In this document: piece after piece, positions 9,295 through 19,643 of the stretch
How the letters are laid out: every line of letters starts with the position of its first letter
How positions within the stretch are numbered: position 1 is the stretch's first letter
Source of the DNA: Bdellovibrionales bacterium
Lineage (GTDB): Bacteria > Bdellovibrionota > Bdellovibrionia > Bdellovibrionales > UBA1609
Length of the DNA stretch: 64,000 bases
Reading direction: 5' to 3'
Assembly (NCBI GenBank): GCA_027317865.1
Contig: DAHVQG010000007.1
Location: forward strand, 1-64,000
Notes under the pieces: generated by a model
The model's database searches: none
Told to the model about the DNA's origin: nothing
The model's input: the letters and a program-made list of their open reading frames with translations, nothing else
Made by a program: the position numbers and the translations under genes

Positions 9295-11253
9295 TTACAT
9301 TCCTCCTGCAAGAAACTGCTTGTTTTCTTCGCGCTGAACTTGAATGTATTGTTGAATGATCCGCTCGTCTCGAGCTTCAACGGTTGGGGAATATGACAAT
9401 GGTTCGCCGTTCAAATAGCGGCGAATCGCATCCGTCGCGACTGAGTCGACGACGCCACTCAGTCCAGTGATGGCATCGCGGACAGAATAAGATTCGTTGT
9501 CAATAACTACGCCACCCAGTTCGTTCGCCAGCAGTGACAGATTCACACTCATATCTGAGATTTTCATCATAAAAGGTGTAAATGGCAGCGGGGAGGACTC
9601 TACAATTTTGTTTAATTCATCAGCGACTTTGACTAACGCATTTGCCTCATTCACCGACACGACTTCTTGAGGGGTACTTGCGGAACATGCGGTCTGCAGA
9701 TCTGGTAACACCGATTTCAGTGTCGACTCGTTTGAATATTTTGAAACAAATTGGCGCAGATCCCGACACGTCGAAACATATGAGTTGAAAGCGTACGGTA
9801 CGCCACGAAGCCCGGTGACCGCGTCAGTTTGCTTGTAGAGCGCGCGAGCCATTACGATATTTTGTGATCGAAACGCGGCCATCTCCACCTTGCCTATTAA
9901 TTTTGCAATGTAGTCGTTGTGGGGATCGGTTGGTGAAAGCTTGCCCTGTGCGGTCACGAGACTCTTTGCGGTGTCATTCAAACTTTTGGTAGCCGCAAGT
10001 ATATTTTTGATACGAGCGAATTTGGTCGCGCAAATCGTATGCAAGTCTGATGTTGATATGTCATTTTTCAGCGACGAAATTTTATTTATCGCGTTACTGA
10101 GTTTTACGCAAATTTTCGCCATATAGGCAGGGTGAAGAAAATCGCTGCGAGAGCCATTGCTTATGTATTTAGCAAAAAACGGTTGGGCATCCATTTGCGT
10201 GGCGCCATTCAATACGGTGGCGGCATTGGTGCCGTTGTACAGCACTGTCCGCCGTAAGATTTCGTCGGCTAACGCATCACTTGTGTTGTTCATATTTATC
10301 GCCAGAGCTGTTAGGTTATCAAATGCGCCGTTGCCTAAAGCTTGGAATGTCTTGCTATGAAGCGCACGACCTATACCATCCGAAAGTTTGCTTAAACTTT
10401 TTTCGACCGATTTGATGTCGCCATTAAGAGAGAAATTTGCCGTGCAAATCGTATGGACATCCGAAGGCAGTGTGTAAGTTTTCAGTGCCGGGTACTTCGT
10501 CAAAGCGTCCGTTAACTGAGAACACTCTTTCGACACTTCGGCTTTTTCACTGCGAGAGCCATTGCTTATGTATTTTGCAAAGAATGGTTGCGCATCCATT
10601 TGCGTGGCGCCGTCATAGGGCATTAAAATTTTAGCTGTTAGCCGTTCGAGATCGGCATCGGTGCCGTCGAGTTGCTGTAAGATCTGAACATTTCGCAAAC
10701 TTTCGTGAATGAGAAGCCCGGCTTGCGATAGAAGGCCGAGTTTGTTCCAAACAGGTAGAGAAATATACAAGAAACCATTGTCGAACAATATTGCGGTTTG
10801 CAAATTTGCTTTTTGGCATATTGATCGCGGAGGTAAATAAATACGGCTTAGATGTTTAATTCGAAGCGGTGTGATCAAAAATTGAATGCTTTTGAGCCCT
10901 TCTTTGACAAGAGCCATTGAGTATTTTGAACCTGGTTTGTGCCCCCAAGCTTTGATTCGCGCCAGCGCATATTTGTAAGCGCGGTTTTGATGTAAGTTAA
11001 TTGGGCCTGCATTTAAAGCTTCAGCGACTTTGGTGTCGCGAAGGCGAGTGCCCGTATAGGCTTGGTCAATTAAATTGGGTAAATTCGATAACGCCAAATC
11101 GAGCAACATCGGATGGCCGTTGTTAACCGCGGCAGTGGTGCAAATCGAACCGCCGCCGGTAGCTGCACCGCCTGCATAAGAAACGGACACAAAGCCAAAT
11201 ATGGTCAATGACACGACCATCAGATCAAGTAAAAGTGAACGTACTGTTTTCAT
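9295..11253 (-). CDS. large secreted hypothetical protein (GGAATGGG N-motif, LIHESLR motif, three helical repeats)
   Basis: signal ..SYA then GGAATGGG; GLLIHESLR; internal repeats; divergent from TIGR02147-like gene. Confidence 0.75.
   Translation of the reverse strand: MKTVRSLLLDLMVVSLTIFGFVSVSYAGGAATGGGSICTTAAVNNGHPMLLDLALSNLPNLIDQAYTGTRLRDTKVAEALNAGPINLHQNRAYKYALARIKAWGHKPGSKYSMALVKEGLKSIQFLITPLRIKHLSRIYLPPRSICQKANLQTAILFDNGFLYISLPVWNKLGLLSQAGLLIHESLRNVQILQQLDGTDADLERLTAKILMPYDGATQMDAQPFFAKYISNGSRSEKAEVSKECSQLTDALTKYPALKTYTLPSDVHTICTANFSLNGDIKSVEKSLSKLSDGIGRALHSKTFQALGNGAFDNLTALAINMNNTSDALADEILRRTVLYNGTNAATVLNGATQMDAQPFFAKYISNGSRSDFLHPAYMAKICVKLSNAINKISSLKNDISTSDLHTICATKFARIKNILAATKSLNDTAKSLVTAQGKLSPTDPHNDYIAKLIGKVEMAAFRSQNIVMARALYKQTDAVTGLRGVPYAFNSYVSTCRDLRQFVSKYSNESTLKSVLPDLQTACSASTPQEVVSVNEANALVKVADELNKIVESSPLPFTPFMMKISDMSVNLSLLANELGGVVIDNESYSVRDAITGLSGVVDSVATDAIRRYLNGEPLSYSPTVEARDERIIQQYIQVQREENKQFLAGGM
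10145..10611. repeat. 62-bp direct repeat (10145-10206 and 10550-10611)
   Basis: 58/62 identical; both copies encode GATQMDAQPFFAKYISNGSRS; offset 405 nt. Confidence 0.9.
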
Positions 11254-11346
11254 AAAGCTTCCTTTCTAAAGGGGTGCAATTTCAGCGCCACGAAACGAGC
11301 GCCACTGTACAACCTATCCTGCAAATTTCGCCATAGCTTTTTAGTC

Positions 11347-11374
11347 TAAAGTTTGATAAAAAAGTGACCGATGG
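11347..11374 (+). promoter_or_regulatory. putative sigma28-type promoter
   Basis: TAAAGTTT...ACCGATGG (TAAA-N16), 6 nt before ATG 11381. Confidence 0.5.
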
Positions 11375-11380
11375 TCATAT

Positions 11381-12196
11381 ATGAATAACGACTTAAATTT
11401 ATTCGATTTTTCAGACTACCGCGCCTATTTAAGCGCGTGGCTCAAGGCCGTAAAATCAAATAAATCATTTAATCTATCTCGGTTGGCCGAGGTCGCAGGT
11501 GTACACGCAACTTTTCTTTCGCACATTTTAAAAGGCAAAAAGCATTTAAGTCTCGAGCAAGCCGCACTTATCAGCGATCACCTTGAGCATACAAAACTCG
11601 AGCAGGATTATTTCATTACTATTATTAATCTCGACCGTGCGGGGACAAAACGTCTTCATGACTATTGGCTTGAGAAAAAAGCGGCGATTGAGGCGGAAAA
11701 AAATAAACTAAGCAAACGATTCGATAAGCACAGAGAGCTTTCAACGGATGAGCGCGCCGAATTTTATTCGAGTTGGCTTTATGCGGCCGTATGGGCTGCG
11801 ACCTCAATTAATGACCGTCAAACTCTTACGCAAATTGCAACACGATTTAATATTTCTCGCGATCGAGCGGAAGAAGTTTTACGATTTTTAGTCGGCGTCG
11901 GTCTTTGTAATGAGAAGCATGGGTTTTATTCAATGGGTGATATGCATATTCATGTTCCGAACGAATCGCCGTTTGTTGTGAAACATCATTTAAACTGGCG
12001 GATGAAAGCGGTTCAGAAAATGGATATGCGTGGGCCGGATGAACTGTTTTTTACTTCTCCCATGTCCATGTCGCTCAATGATTTTTCAAAAGTTCGCGAA
12101 AAACTCAATAAATTGATAAAAGAAGCGGTCGATACCGCCAAAGATTCACGCGCTCAAGACGTGGTCTGCCTGAATATTGACTTTTTTAAATGCTAA
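11381..12196 (+). CDS. TIGR02147/DUF4423-like XRE-HTH regulator
   Basis: LFDFSDYRAYL, HTH LSRLAE...FLSHILKGKKHLS, FYSSWLYAAV, HHLNWRMKA, C-terminal VVCLNIDFF. Confidence 0.85.
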   Translation: MNNDLNLFDFSDYRAYLSAWLKAVKSNKSFNLSRLAEVAGVHATFLSHILKGKKHLSLEQAALISDHLEHTKLEQDYFITIINLDRAGTKRLHDYWLEKKAAIEAEKNKLSKRFDKHRELSTDERAEFYSSWLYAAVWAATSINDRQTLTQIATRFNISRDRAEEVLRFLVGVGLCNEKHGFYSMGDMHIHVPNESPFVVKHHLNWRMKAVQKMDMRGPDELFFTSPMSMSLNDFSKVREKLNKLIKEAVDTAKDSRAQDVVCLNIDFFKC

Positions 12197-12259
12197 AAAA
12201 TCTCAATTTGATTCACGGCTATCGTAATAAAATCGTGAAAATTAGCCGATATGTAACAC

Positions 12260-13537
12260 ATGGGACCCGCACGTCGCCTGATGGCATTTTTAACGATCCT
12301 TCTTTATGCTTTCTTAAGTTTTGCTCTTTCGGGCTGCGGTAAAGTTTGGGTAAAAATCGATGCTCGCTCGTCCGGCCAGAGCGCTTTGTACAACACCTAC
12401 GGCAGCGGCACATCCGTGGATCCTTATCGAATCTATACCGCCAGTCAGATCAGTAGCCTTGCAAGCTCGCCAGCCGGGTGGGCTTCAACTTATCAAGTCG
12501 AAAACAACATCGATATGGCCGGTGTTACGATCAGTCAGCCTATTGGTAACAGTACGACAAATTTCACTGGCGTTTTCAATGGCAATAGTTACACGATTTC
12601 GAATTTCACTCTGAATGATAGCGCCGACTCAAATGTTGGCCTTTTTGGAGAGGTCTCAGGAGATGGCACAAGCACTGGTATAATTGAAAATCTAACCATG
12701 GCAAATGCGACTGTTACGGCAAGCGCATCTGGTACGATCTATGTTGGAATATTAGCCGGGTCCATATACGGCGGAGAAGCAAACAACTGCTCATCAAGTG
12801 GCACCGTTTCTGTATCAAATAGCTCAGCCTACGTCGGTGGCCTAATCGGATATAGCGAGATAGAGCAGGTGTCGCCGAATAACCCAGGCACGTTTACCAA
12901 TTTATCTTCGAGCGTGAATATTTCAGGCACTTGGTTAGCTGCCGGTGGGTTATTTGGCTACAACGATTCTGGCAGAATCACATACTGTCATGCCAGTGGC
13001 AACATTTCTGGTAGTGGTGTGGCGGGCGGCCTTATCGGTGACGCATTCCCAAATGTAAATCCGCTTGCAGAATCTTATGCCACCGGCAACGTTTCTGGCA
13101 CTTCAGCAGTTGGCGGCTTGATCGGCTTAACCGATGGTGGTGTTAGTGGATTTCAAAATGATTTTGCAACCGGCAACGTTTCTGGCACGACTGCTGTTGG
13201 TGGCCTCGTGGGATGGTCAATAGGAGTCAATACAGTTATTGTCAGATCGTATGCTACAGGGGCCGTTTCGGGTACCACAGATGTGGGCGGGTTCTTAGGA
13301 CAAGATAACGGCTCAGGCGGTAATACCCAGTACACTGGTCATTCTTATTGGAACAACACCGTGAACTCTACGCTAGCAGGAATTGGTAACGCAACCAGTT
13401 CCAACGTCGTCGGCGAATCCACCACAAATATGCAAACCCAATCCACATACTCCTCAGGATGGAACTTCACTGCTGGCACGGGAATATGGACGATGCCGAC
13501 TGGCGGTGCAAACCAAGGTTATCCAATATTTCAGTAG
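12260..13537 (+). CDS. GLUG-motif surface lipoprotein (adhesin-like beta-solenoid)
   Basis: lipobox LSGC; GSGTSVDPYRI; FTGVFNGN.YTISN; repeated VGGLIG / YATGNVSG; C-terminal W...GYP. Confidence 0.85.
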   Translation: MGPARRLMAFLTILLYAFLSFALSGCGKVWVKIDARSSGQSALYNTYGSGTSVDPYRIYTASQISSLASSPAGWASTYQVENNIDMAGVTISQPIGNSTTNFTGVFNGNSYTISNFTLNDSADSNVGLFGEVSGDGTSTGIIENLTMANATVTASASGTIYVGILAGSIYGGEANNCSSSGTVSVSNSSAYVGGLIGYSEIEQVSPNNPGTFTNLSSSVNISGTWLAAGGLFGYNDSGRITYCHASGNISGSGVAGGLIGDAFPNVNPLAESYATGNVSGTSAVGGLIGLTDGGVSGFQNDFATGNVSGTTAVGGLVGWSIGVNTVIVRSYATGAVSGTTDVGGFLGQDNGSGGNTQYTGHSYWNNTVNSTLAGIGNATSSNVVGESTTNMQTQSTYSSGWNFTAGTGIWTMPTGGANQGYPIFQ

Positions 13538-13703
13538 AGGTTGGATTTAAATTTTTTTAAAGTGTCGGACCTGCCGCTCTTCTGTGCCTTGTGCCATATG
13601 ACTCGGCACCGTTTAACGGGAACAGGTCAAAAATTGCGGTCACTCGTCGTGCGGCGGGCGACTTTTCTAACTTACTGGTCGCCAGTTCGGAAAACGGCCC
13701 GTA

Positions 13704-13780
13704 TGGCCTCCCCGGCGCGATTCGAACGCACGACCTTTAGCTTCGGAGGCTAACGCTCTATCCAGCTGAGCTACGGGGAG
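13704..13780 (-). tRNA. tRNA-Arg(CCG)
   Basis: cloverleaf CTCCCCG..AGCTCAGCTGGATAGAGC..TTAGC-CTCCGAA-GCTAA..GTTCGAATC..CGGGGAGGCCA. Confidence 0.96.
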
Positions 13781-13963
13781 GTAAGTGAGGGTGACCTACC
13801 GCTGGGCTTTCCAATTTGTCAGTATACAATTACGAGAAATTGTTTTAATCCAAGTATATAGCAGATGTCATCATCGAAGCGCGACGCCGAAGACGTGAGT
13901 TGTAAGGCAAACATGCGCTGGAGCAAATTGGAGCAACATGCTGCAAATATTAGGAGCCAAACA

Positions 13964-14554
13964 ATGAAACTGCGAGCTGTTTTTACGCTTTTAGCCGCGA
14001 GTCTTTTACTTTCGGGCTGTGGAATTCAATCTATCCCGGAGGCGAAAAACCGGGTTAGTGCGGCCATGTCCGAAGTCACCAACGAATATAAACGACGGGC
14101 GGATTTAATTCCGAATCTTGTCGCTACAGTAAAAGGCTACGCCAAACACGAAAAAGATGTTTTTGTGGAGGTCACCAAAGCCCGCGCACAGGCCACGGCG
14201 ATCACGATTGATCCGGCCAATGCGACTCCCGCGCAGATCGCAGCATTTCAAAAATCGCAGGGCACATTGTCGCAAGCGCTCGGCCGCTTGATGATGGTCA
14301 GCGAACGTTACCCGAATTTGAAAGCCGATCGAAATTTTCGCGATTTACAAGTGCAACTTGAAGGAACAGAAAACCGTATTACCATTGCCCGCCAGCGGTT
14401 AATCGATGCGATTAACCACTTCAACGACCAGATTACGGTGCCGCCTGAAAGTTGGACAAACTCAATGTTTTACCATTACCAAGCCATGCCACAGTGGAAT
14501 GTCCCTGCGGCTGAACAGTCAACGATTCAACAACCGCCGAAAGTGAAGTTCTAA
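13964..14554 (+). CDS. lemA: LemA family lipoprotein
   Basis: YKRRADLIPNLVATVKGYAKHE, ERYPNLKA, LEGTENRITIAR. Confidence 0.93.
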   Translation: MKLRAVFTLLAASLLLSGCGIQSIPEAKNRVSAAMSEVTNEYKRRADLIPNLVATVKGYAKHEKDVFVEVTKARAQATAITIDPANATPAQIAAFQKSQGTLSQALGRLMMVSERYPNLKADRNFRDLQVQLEGTENRITIARQRLIDAINHFNDQITVPPESWTNSMFYHYQAMPQWNVPAAEQSTIQQPPKVKF

Positions 14555-14555
14555 T

Positions 14556-15335
14556 TTGTTTCGACGGGGTTGGATGCTTTCTTTTTTAATTTTGGCGGTT
14601 TCGTTTTCGACCGCTATCTTTTCGACGACATCAGCTCGTGCGCAAAGCGGAACTTTTAAAGTTCCCGAATTGACCGGGCCGGTTGTCGACGAAGCTCATC
14701 TCTATCAGCCGGACGAGATCGCCCAAATTTCGGCACTTCTGCGTGAAATTGCCGCTCAAGGTGACGTGCAGATTCAAGTTTTGACGGTACCCAATCTGCA
14801 AGGCGAAGCGATTGAACAAGCGTCGATTCAAGTGGTCGATAAATGGAAGATTGGTAAAAAAGGCAAAGACAACGGCGTGCTCATCATGATCGCCGAAAAA
14901 GAACACCAAATGCGAATTGAAGTGGGCGCCGGTCTTGAGGGGAGAATTCCTGACATCCTCGCTTACCATATTATTCGACGTGTGATGAGACCACTGTTCA
15001 AGCAAGGTGAGTACGCGGCCGGAACATATGCCGGAATTCTCAAAGTCGTTTCATACGCAAACCCGAAATATTTTAAACAACTTCAACAAAGCGGCGGCTA
15101 CCCTTCGAATGTCGAAAATCAAAGCAATGCGCCGTTTCCGATCACAAAAGCGATAATGATGATTTTGATGCTGATCTTTTTTGGCCCTTGGGGATTTATG
15201 GCTTTCGCTGGCGGTGGAATGTTCGGCGGCGGTTTTGGCGGTGGACTTGGCGGGGGCGGTTTCGGTGGCTTCGGCGGCGGCTGGGGCGGCGGCGGCGGCG
15301 GATTTGACGGCGGCGGCGCCTCGGGCGGGTGGTGA
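14556..15335 (+). CDS. TPM domain protein (YgcG-like) with Gly-rich tail
   Basis: PELTGPVVDEA, WKIGKKGKDNGVLI, RIEVGAGLEG, terminal GGGGFDGGGASGGW. Confidence 0.9.
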   Translation: MFRRGWMLSFLILAVSFSTAIFSTTSARAQSGTFKVPELTGPVVDEAHLYQPDEIAQISALLREIAAQGDVQIQVLTVPNLQGEAIEQASIQVVDKWKIGKKGKDNGVLIMIAEKEHQMRIEVGAGLEGRIPDILAYHIIRRVMRPLFKQGEYAAGTYAGILKVVSYANPKYFKQLQQSGGYPSNVENQSNAPFPITKAIMMILMLIFFGPWGFMAFAGGGMFGGGFGGGLGGGGFGGFGGGWGGGGGGFDGGGASGGW

Positions 15336-15336
15336 T

Positions 15337-15996
15337 ATGAGCGATAATGTTCCGAATTGGGCGCAGTCGTGCTTGAGCGACGACGAATTCGAAAAAATCT
15401 CGCAAGCGGTGCGCGATGCCGAGTCAAAAACGTCGGCAGAGATCATCACGATGCTCGTGCGAAGATCGAGTGGCTCCCACATGGTGCCTTTTACAATAAC
15501 GCTACTGTGGACGATTTTGTTGCTTCTTTTTTCATTTAACCGGCGCGAATTGATTTTTCATGACCACTATTGGTGGGTTTTGCCGCTGTTGATCGTTCTG
15601 GGTGCTATGGTTGCATTTTTAGTCAGTCGATTTGCGTTCGTACAGAAATTATTTACGCATCCGGGGGACCGGCACGCGCAGGTTCGCACACGCGCTGAAC
15701 TCGAATTTCACCGCCAGCAATTTGATCGGACCCCGGATCACAAAGCGGTTTTAATTTTTGCTTCGCTTTTTGAGCGCGATGTTGTGGTGCTTGCGGATTC
15801 AAAAATCGCATCAAAATTACCGCCGGAGACCTGGCAAGAAATTGTACGCACGTTGGTGACGGGGTTTCGTTCTCACGGGCATGCGCACGGTTGGCTGAAA
15901 GCGATTGAAAAATGCGGATCTATTTTAGCCGAGAAGTTCCCGTCGGGTTCACCCCATAAACAACTGTTTAGCAGTGGCATTTATATAAAAGAGTAG
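15337..15996 (+). CDS. TPM domain membrane protein
   Basis: ISQAVRDAESKTSAEI, two TM segments, VLIFASLFER.V.VLAD; third gene of lemA-TPM-TPM operon. Confidence 0.85.
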   Translation: MSDNVPNWAQSCLSDDEFEKISQAVRDAESKTSAEIITMLVRRSSGSHMVPFTITLLWTILLLLFSFNRRELIFHDHYWWVLPLLIVLGAMVAFLVSRFAFVQKLFTHPGDRHAQVRTRAELEFHRQQFDRTPDHKAVLIFASLFERDVVVLADSKIASKLPPETWQEIVRTLVTGFRSHGHAHGWLKAIEKCGSILAEKFPSGSPHKQLFSSGIYIKE

Positions 15997-16168
15997 CAAC
16001 CGCTCTACCGTTGAGTGCTAAGTTCACGAAAAGTGCCAGCGCAAACCTGCCAAAGCGCGAGAAAAATTTTCACAAAAAGCTCAAATTTTCATCCAAATGA
16101 ACTTCTGATTTTAGATTTTTGTAATCGTCGAGTATAGATAACAAAACAATTCAAAACGGGGAAGGCCG

Positions 16169-17764
16169 ATGAGCACAAAGACAAAGAAGCGCCGATTGGC
16201 GGTTCTTTTATCGATTGTACTACTGTTTAGCCAAACCTCCTTTGCCAGTAACGAATTTAGCGCGCCAGCTCAGCAAAGTAACAATTCACCGGTTACGAGC
16301 CAGCCCGAACCGGGCCGATTTGAACCAAATGTCGAGACGAACAACAATGCTCCTACGGTGCTGCCGCCGGTTGAGCAGTCGGATGCAGCACGCGCATATT
16401 TGCAGAATAACGAAGAAGTATTTGGTCAAATTATTACTTTGGCCAGTAAGCTTGAAGACAAGAAAAATGAGCTTTTAAAGGAGCGTGGCGAACAATTCGT
16501 TTCAAATATGATCGTCGACGCGAATCTGATTTATAAAGAGCCGGGCGTAGGCAAAGCGGATTACCGGATAATAAAAGGGGATAAAGGCGCTCCCGATACA
16601 GTCATTACTCGCGTGGTGCTCGATAAAACAGAAAAAGCTTATTTGTTAATCAATCAGAACCAAATGCCGACGGGATTTTATTTTCGAAAATATCTCGCGG
16701 GGCTTCTTATTGAAGCCGGTTATCGTCCGCAGCGTGATGCCAGTGGCCATGCCCGAACTAATATTTTCGGCCGGCCGAAAATGCGTTACGGGCGCAATAC
16801 CGACGTGCTTGTATTTAACGACAACATTTTGGCCGACGCACATTTGCGCAAAAAACCAACTCCCGCAAACTGGAATTGGTGGCGAGAATACTTTTGGTCA
16901 AAGTACGACCGGCCAACGAAGGCCACTCTAACGGCCGGTTTTGTATTTGGTGCGTTGCCTCACACCATTGTGAATGCGGCAATGGCCCACCTTCTGCATG
17001 TTTCGTATTGGTCAGCCGGCTGGAATTTTGCATATTCCATGTTTATCGGTGCCTACATTTCGACTTACAAGGCGTGGACGAATTCGGGCGAGAGGCCGAG
17101 TGTACGAGTTCTCAAACTAATGGCTAATGCCATGGTTTACGCGACGGTTCTTGTGATGATGATGAAACCGGGTTCAATGCACCAAAAATTAGCGGCTGTC
17201 AGTTTTGTCAGTTTAGCGAGTATTTTGGCAAACGTGGCCATGAACAGTGTGGCGAGAAACAAATGGAACCAGATTTCAAAAATCGGCGATGAAGCTCGAG
17301 CCAATTCCGGTTTATGGACGATTCCTTTCACGAACATAAAAACGTGGTGGAAGCGCTCCCATGTGAATAATCAACTGCTCTATTTGATCCCGTGGACTAT
17401 TAATCTTGTCGGAATTTTCATTTTAGGAGCTACTAAAATGTTTCAAGTTCCGCATACGGGCATAACGGTTCCGGTTTTGCAATTTGCCGGCATGCCAATC
17501 GCGATGATTTGGTCGGCCCTATATGCTCGAAGTATCGCGCGTCGGGCTAAATACGATCCGGCGCTTTTGGAGCATTATAAAGATCTCAACAAAATGGCTC
17601 TGCAGTATGAGCGCGACGTGAACCGTTGGGTGCCGCTACATCTGCAAATCGGCGCGAATATGGCGGTGCGATCGGCATGGCACAAAGTTCGACCGACCGC
17701 GCGCGCAGTTGGCCGCGTGACTCGACGAGCGTTTCGTCGCTGCGCTGACATATTGACAAATTGA
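16169..17764 (+). CDS. hypothetical protein: signal peptide plus several C-terminal TM segments
   Basis: 531-aa ORF, signal ..SFA, hydrophobic helices, ends RRCADILTN. Confidence 0.7.
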   Translation: MSTKTKKRRLAVLLSIVLLFSQTSFASNEFSAPAQQSNNSPVTSQPEPGRFEPNVETNNNAPTVLPPVEQSDAARAYLQNNEEVFGQIITLASKLEDKKNELLKERGEQFVSNMIVDANLIYKEPGVGKADYRIIKGDKGAPDTVITRVVLDKTEKAYLLINQNQMPTGFYFRKYLAGLLIEAGYRPQRDASGHARTNIFGRPKMRYGRNTDVLVFNDNILADAHLRKKPTPANWNWWREYFWSKYDRPTKATLTAGFVFGALPHTIVNAAMAHLLHVSYWSAGWNFAYSMFIGAYISTYKAWTNSGERPSVRVLKLMANAMVYATVLVMMMKPGSMHQKLAAVSFVSLASILANVAMNSVARNKWNQISKIGDEARANSGLWTIPFTNIKTWWKRSHVNNQLLYLIPWTINLVGIFILGATKMFQVPHTGITVPVLQFAGMPIAMIWSALYARSIARRAKYDPALLEHYKDLNKMALQYERDVNRWVPLHLQIGANMAVRSAWHKVRPTARAVGRVTRRAFRRCADILTN

Positions 17765-17815
17765 TCCATTGTCGTTCAGTGTGATAGTCGCCACACACAA
17801 CGAAAGGGTACAACA

Positions 17816-18433
17816 ATGAAATCGTTCGCGCTTGCAATATTGGCTGTAACGTCGCTCGCATTTATTCCGGCATCGTCATTCGCTTTAACGAAAACCAAAA
17901 CCCACAAACAGAAAGTGAAAAAAATGGCTGAACCCGTTGTGATCATGGATACCTCCTTGGGCAAAATCGAAATCGAGTTAAACGAAGCCAAGGCTCCCAT
18001 AACAGTGAAGAATTTTTTGGAATATGTTAACTCAGGGTTCTACGATGGCACGATTTTTCATCGCGTGATCAAAGGTTTCATGATTCAGGGCGGGGGTTAC
18101 GATGAGCATATGCACCTTAAAAAGACGCGTGCAGCGATTAAAAACGAAGCCACTAACGGTTTGAAAAACGAAAAATATACTATCGCCATGGCGCGGACGA
18201 GCGTAGTTAACAGCGCGACGGCGCAGTTTTTCATCAATACCGCTGACAACGCGTTTCTCAACCACAAGTCAGATGATCCGCAGGGATACGGGTACGCTGT
18301 TTTTGGCAAAGTCATTGAGGGGCAAAACGTCGTTGATAAAATTGAGTCAGTGAAAACCAAATCGCTACCAGACGGTATGGAAAACGTGCCAGTCACTCCT
18401 GTAGTCATTCACTGGATCAAACTGAAAAAGTAA
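17816..18433 (+). CDS. ppiA: periplasmic cyclophilin-type peptidyl-prolyl isomerase
   Basis: [41 protein letters not shown]; signal peptide. Confidence 0.92.
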   Translation: MKSFALAILAVTSLAFIPASSFALTKTKTHKQKVKKMAEPVVIMDTSLGKIEIELNEAKAPITVKNFLEYVNSGFYDGTIFHRVIKGFMIQGGGYDEHMHLKKTRAAIKNEATNGLKNEKYTIAMARTSVVNSATAQFFINTADNAFLNHKSDDPQGYGYAVFGKVIEGQNVVDKIESVKTKSLPDGMENVPVTPVVIHWIKLKK

Positions 18434-18524
18434 GTTTTTACTTTGCGTGTATTCGAAAAATAAGTTATCAGCCTAACTCCATGCTTTGTTTTTGACAGAG
18501 GGTAATTGGGGGCTTGGTCGGGGC

Positions 18525-19643
18525 GTGATCAACTTTAAAATTCGTCGTCTTTTAAGTGTCGGCCTTGCCGCGACTCTATTCTTCGGTTCTGCTTGCGGCT
18601 GGGCGATTCAATTACCTCCTGGGCGAGTGGTACGCGAGCGCACAAATGCGCTGCCCATCGATTCAACAAATTCACCTTTGCCGCCCGAACCGACCCTGGT
18701 TTTGGGCACGGTTGTCAAAGATCAAACTGTTGACCAAGTTGCACGCGATGTATTGCAAGTTGACCCGACCGCTACAGTCCTCGTCGACGAAGGCAATAAA
18801 GAGCCGGTAAACAAATCGGTAGCCGGCAACGATAACGCTGAAATCAAACTGCAAAAAGCGGATACACTCAATTCCATTTTGATTTATATGCAATTTGGCT
18901 GGGAGACGGGCGTCTACCTCGTCTCGTCGCGATTTTCGTGGCTTCAGACGGCGTCGCTATTTCTTTTTGATACTGTTTATACAAGCCAAATGGATTTGAA
19001 ATTGGGCCGATGGACGCGGCTTATGCAAATCGTCGAAAGGCCGATTGCGAAAGGGCTCAAAGTCACAAAAATCTCACCTTCAAAAGTGCAAAAGATCAGC
19101 CGGTTTCTCGCTCACGGAGCATTGGTTTACGTCGTCTACGGATTGATGCAGGTACTGTCGGATTTGCCGAGCTGGCACATGGGCTTTGTCGGCGTTGCCG
19201 CTCAACTTAATATTTTACGTAAAGGCGGTTTCGGTTTTCTGAGCAGCGCGGGTTGGACAATGCTTGAGCGCAAGTGGGATCCGCTAAACGAAAAAGATCG
19301 TCCCATTAGCCGTCAGGCCTTCACTGTATTCGATTCGGTTCGCAGTATGATCACGGGTATTTTCATACCATTTTTAATTTCGACCGGTAATTCTGTTGGT
19401 GCGGGCCAATTTGCGCTCCACAATTTGCCGTTTCTTATTTCAGGCGCAATGGGGACAGTGTTTTATTTTTGGGGTGATCGAATTTTGTCGCGCTATCCAC
19501 AGATTGGCGCGTCTCTCGAACGATTTCAAAAACTCACCGAACGAATTAATAATAGACTCACGGTCGCGCGCAATAAAGCCATACAGAAATTGCAGCGCTC
19601 ACGGCGTTGTTCCGCCATTCTGGCCGGTCGCAAGCGAAGCTAA
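18525..19643 (+). CDS. hypothetical protein: signal peptide plus multiple TM segments
   Basis: long ORF (start uncertain, 18486 or 18525), ends RRCSAILAGRKRS. Confidence 0.65.
   Translation: MINFKIRRLLSVGLAATLFFGSACGWAIQLPPGRVVRERTNALPIDSTNSPLPPEPTLVLGTVVKDQTVDQVARDVLQVDPTATVLVDEGNKEPVNKSVAGNDNAEIKLQKADTLNSILIYMQFGWETGVYLVSSRFSWLQTASLFLFDTVYTSQMDLKLGRWTRLMQIVERPIAKGLKVTKISPSKVQKISRFLAHGALVYVVYGLMQVLSDLPSWHMGFVGVAAQLNILRKGGFGFLSSAGWTMLERKWDPLNEKDRPISRQAFTVFDSVRSMITGIFIPFLISTGNSVGAGQFALHNLPFLISGAMGTVFYFWGDRILSRYPQIGASLERFQKLTERINNRLTVARNKAIQKLQRSRRCSAILAGRKRS

Noticed and set aside
10145-10611. DGR template/variable repeat pair
   Set aside because: No reverse transcriptase; the 4 mismatches are silent and not adenine-specific; both copies lie in one ORF.
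15119-15427. Pro-rich minus-strand ORF
   Set aside because: Antisense shadow of the TPM protein's poly-Gly tail.
16030-16065. c-di-GMP-I (GEMM) riboswitch suggested by GCAAACC
   Set aside because: The GNRA-capped P2 stem and GACGCAAAGC core are absent.
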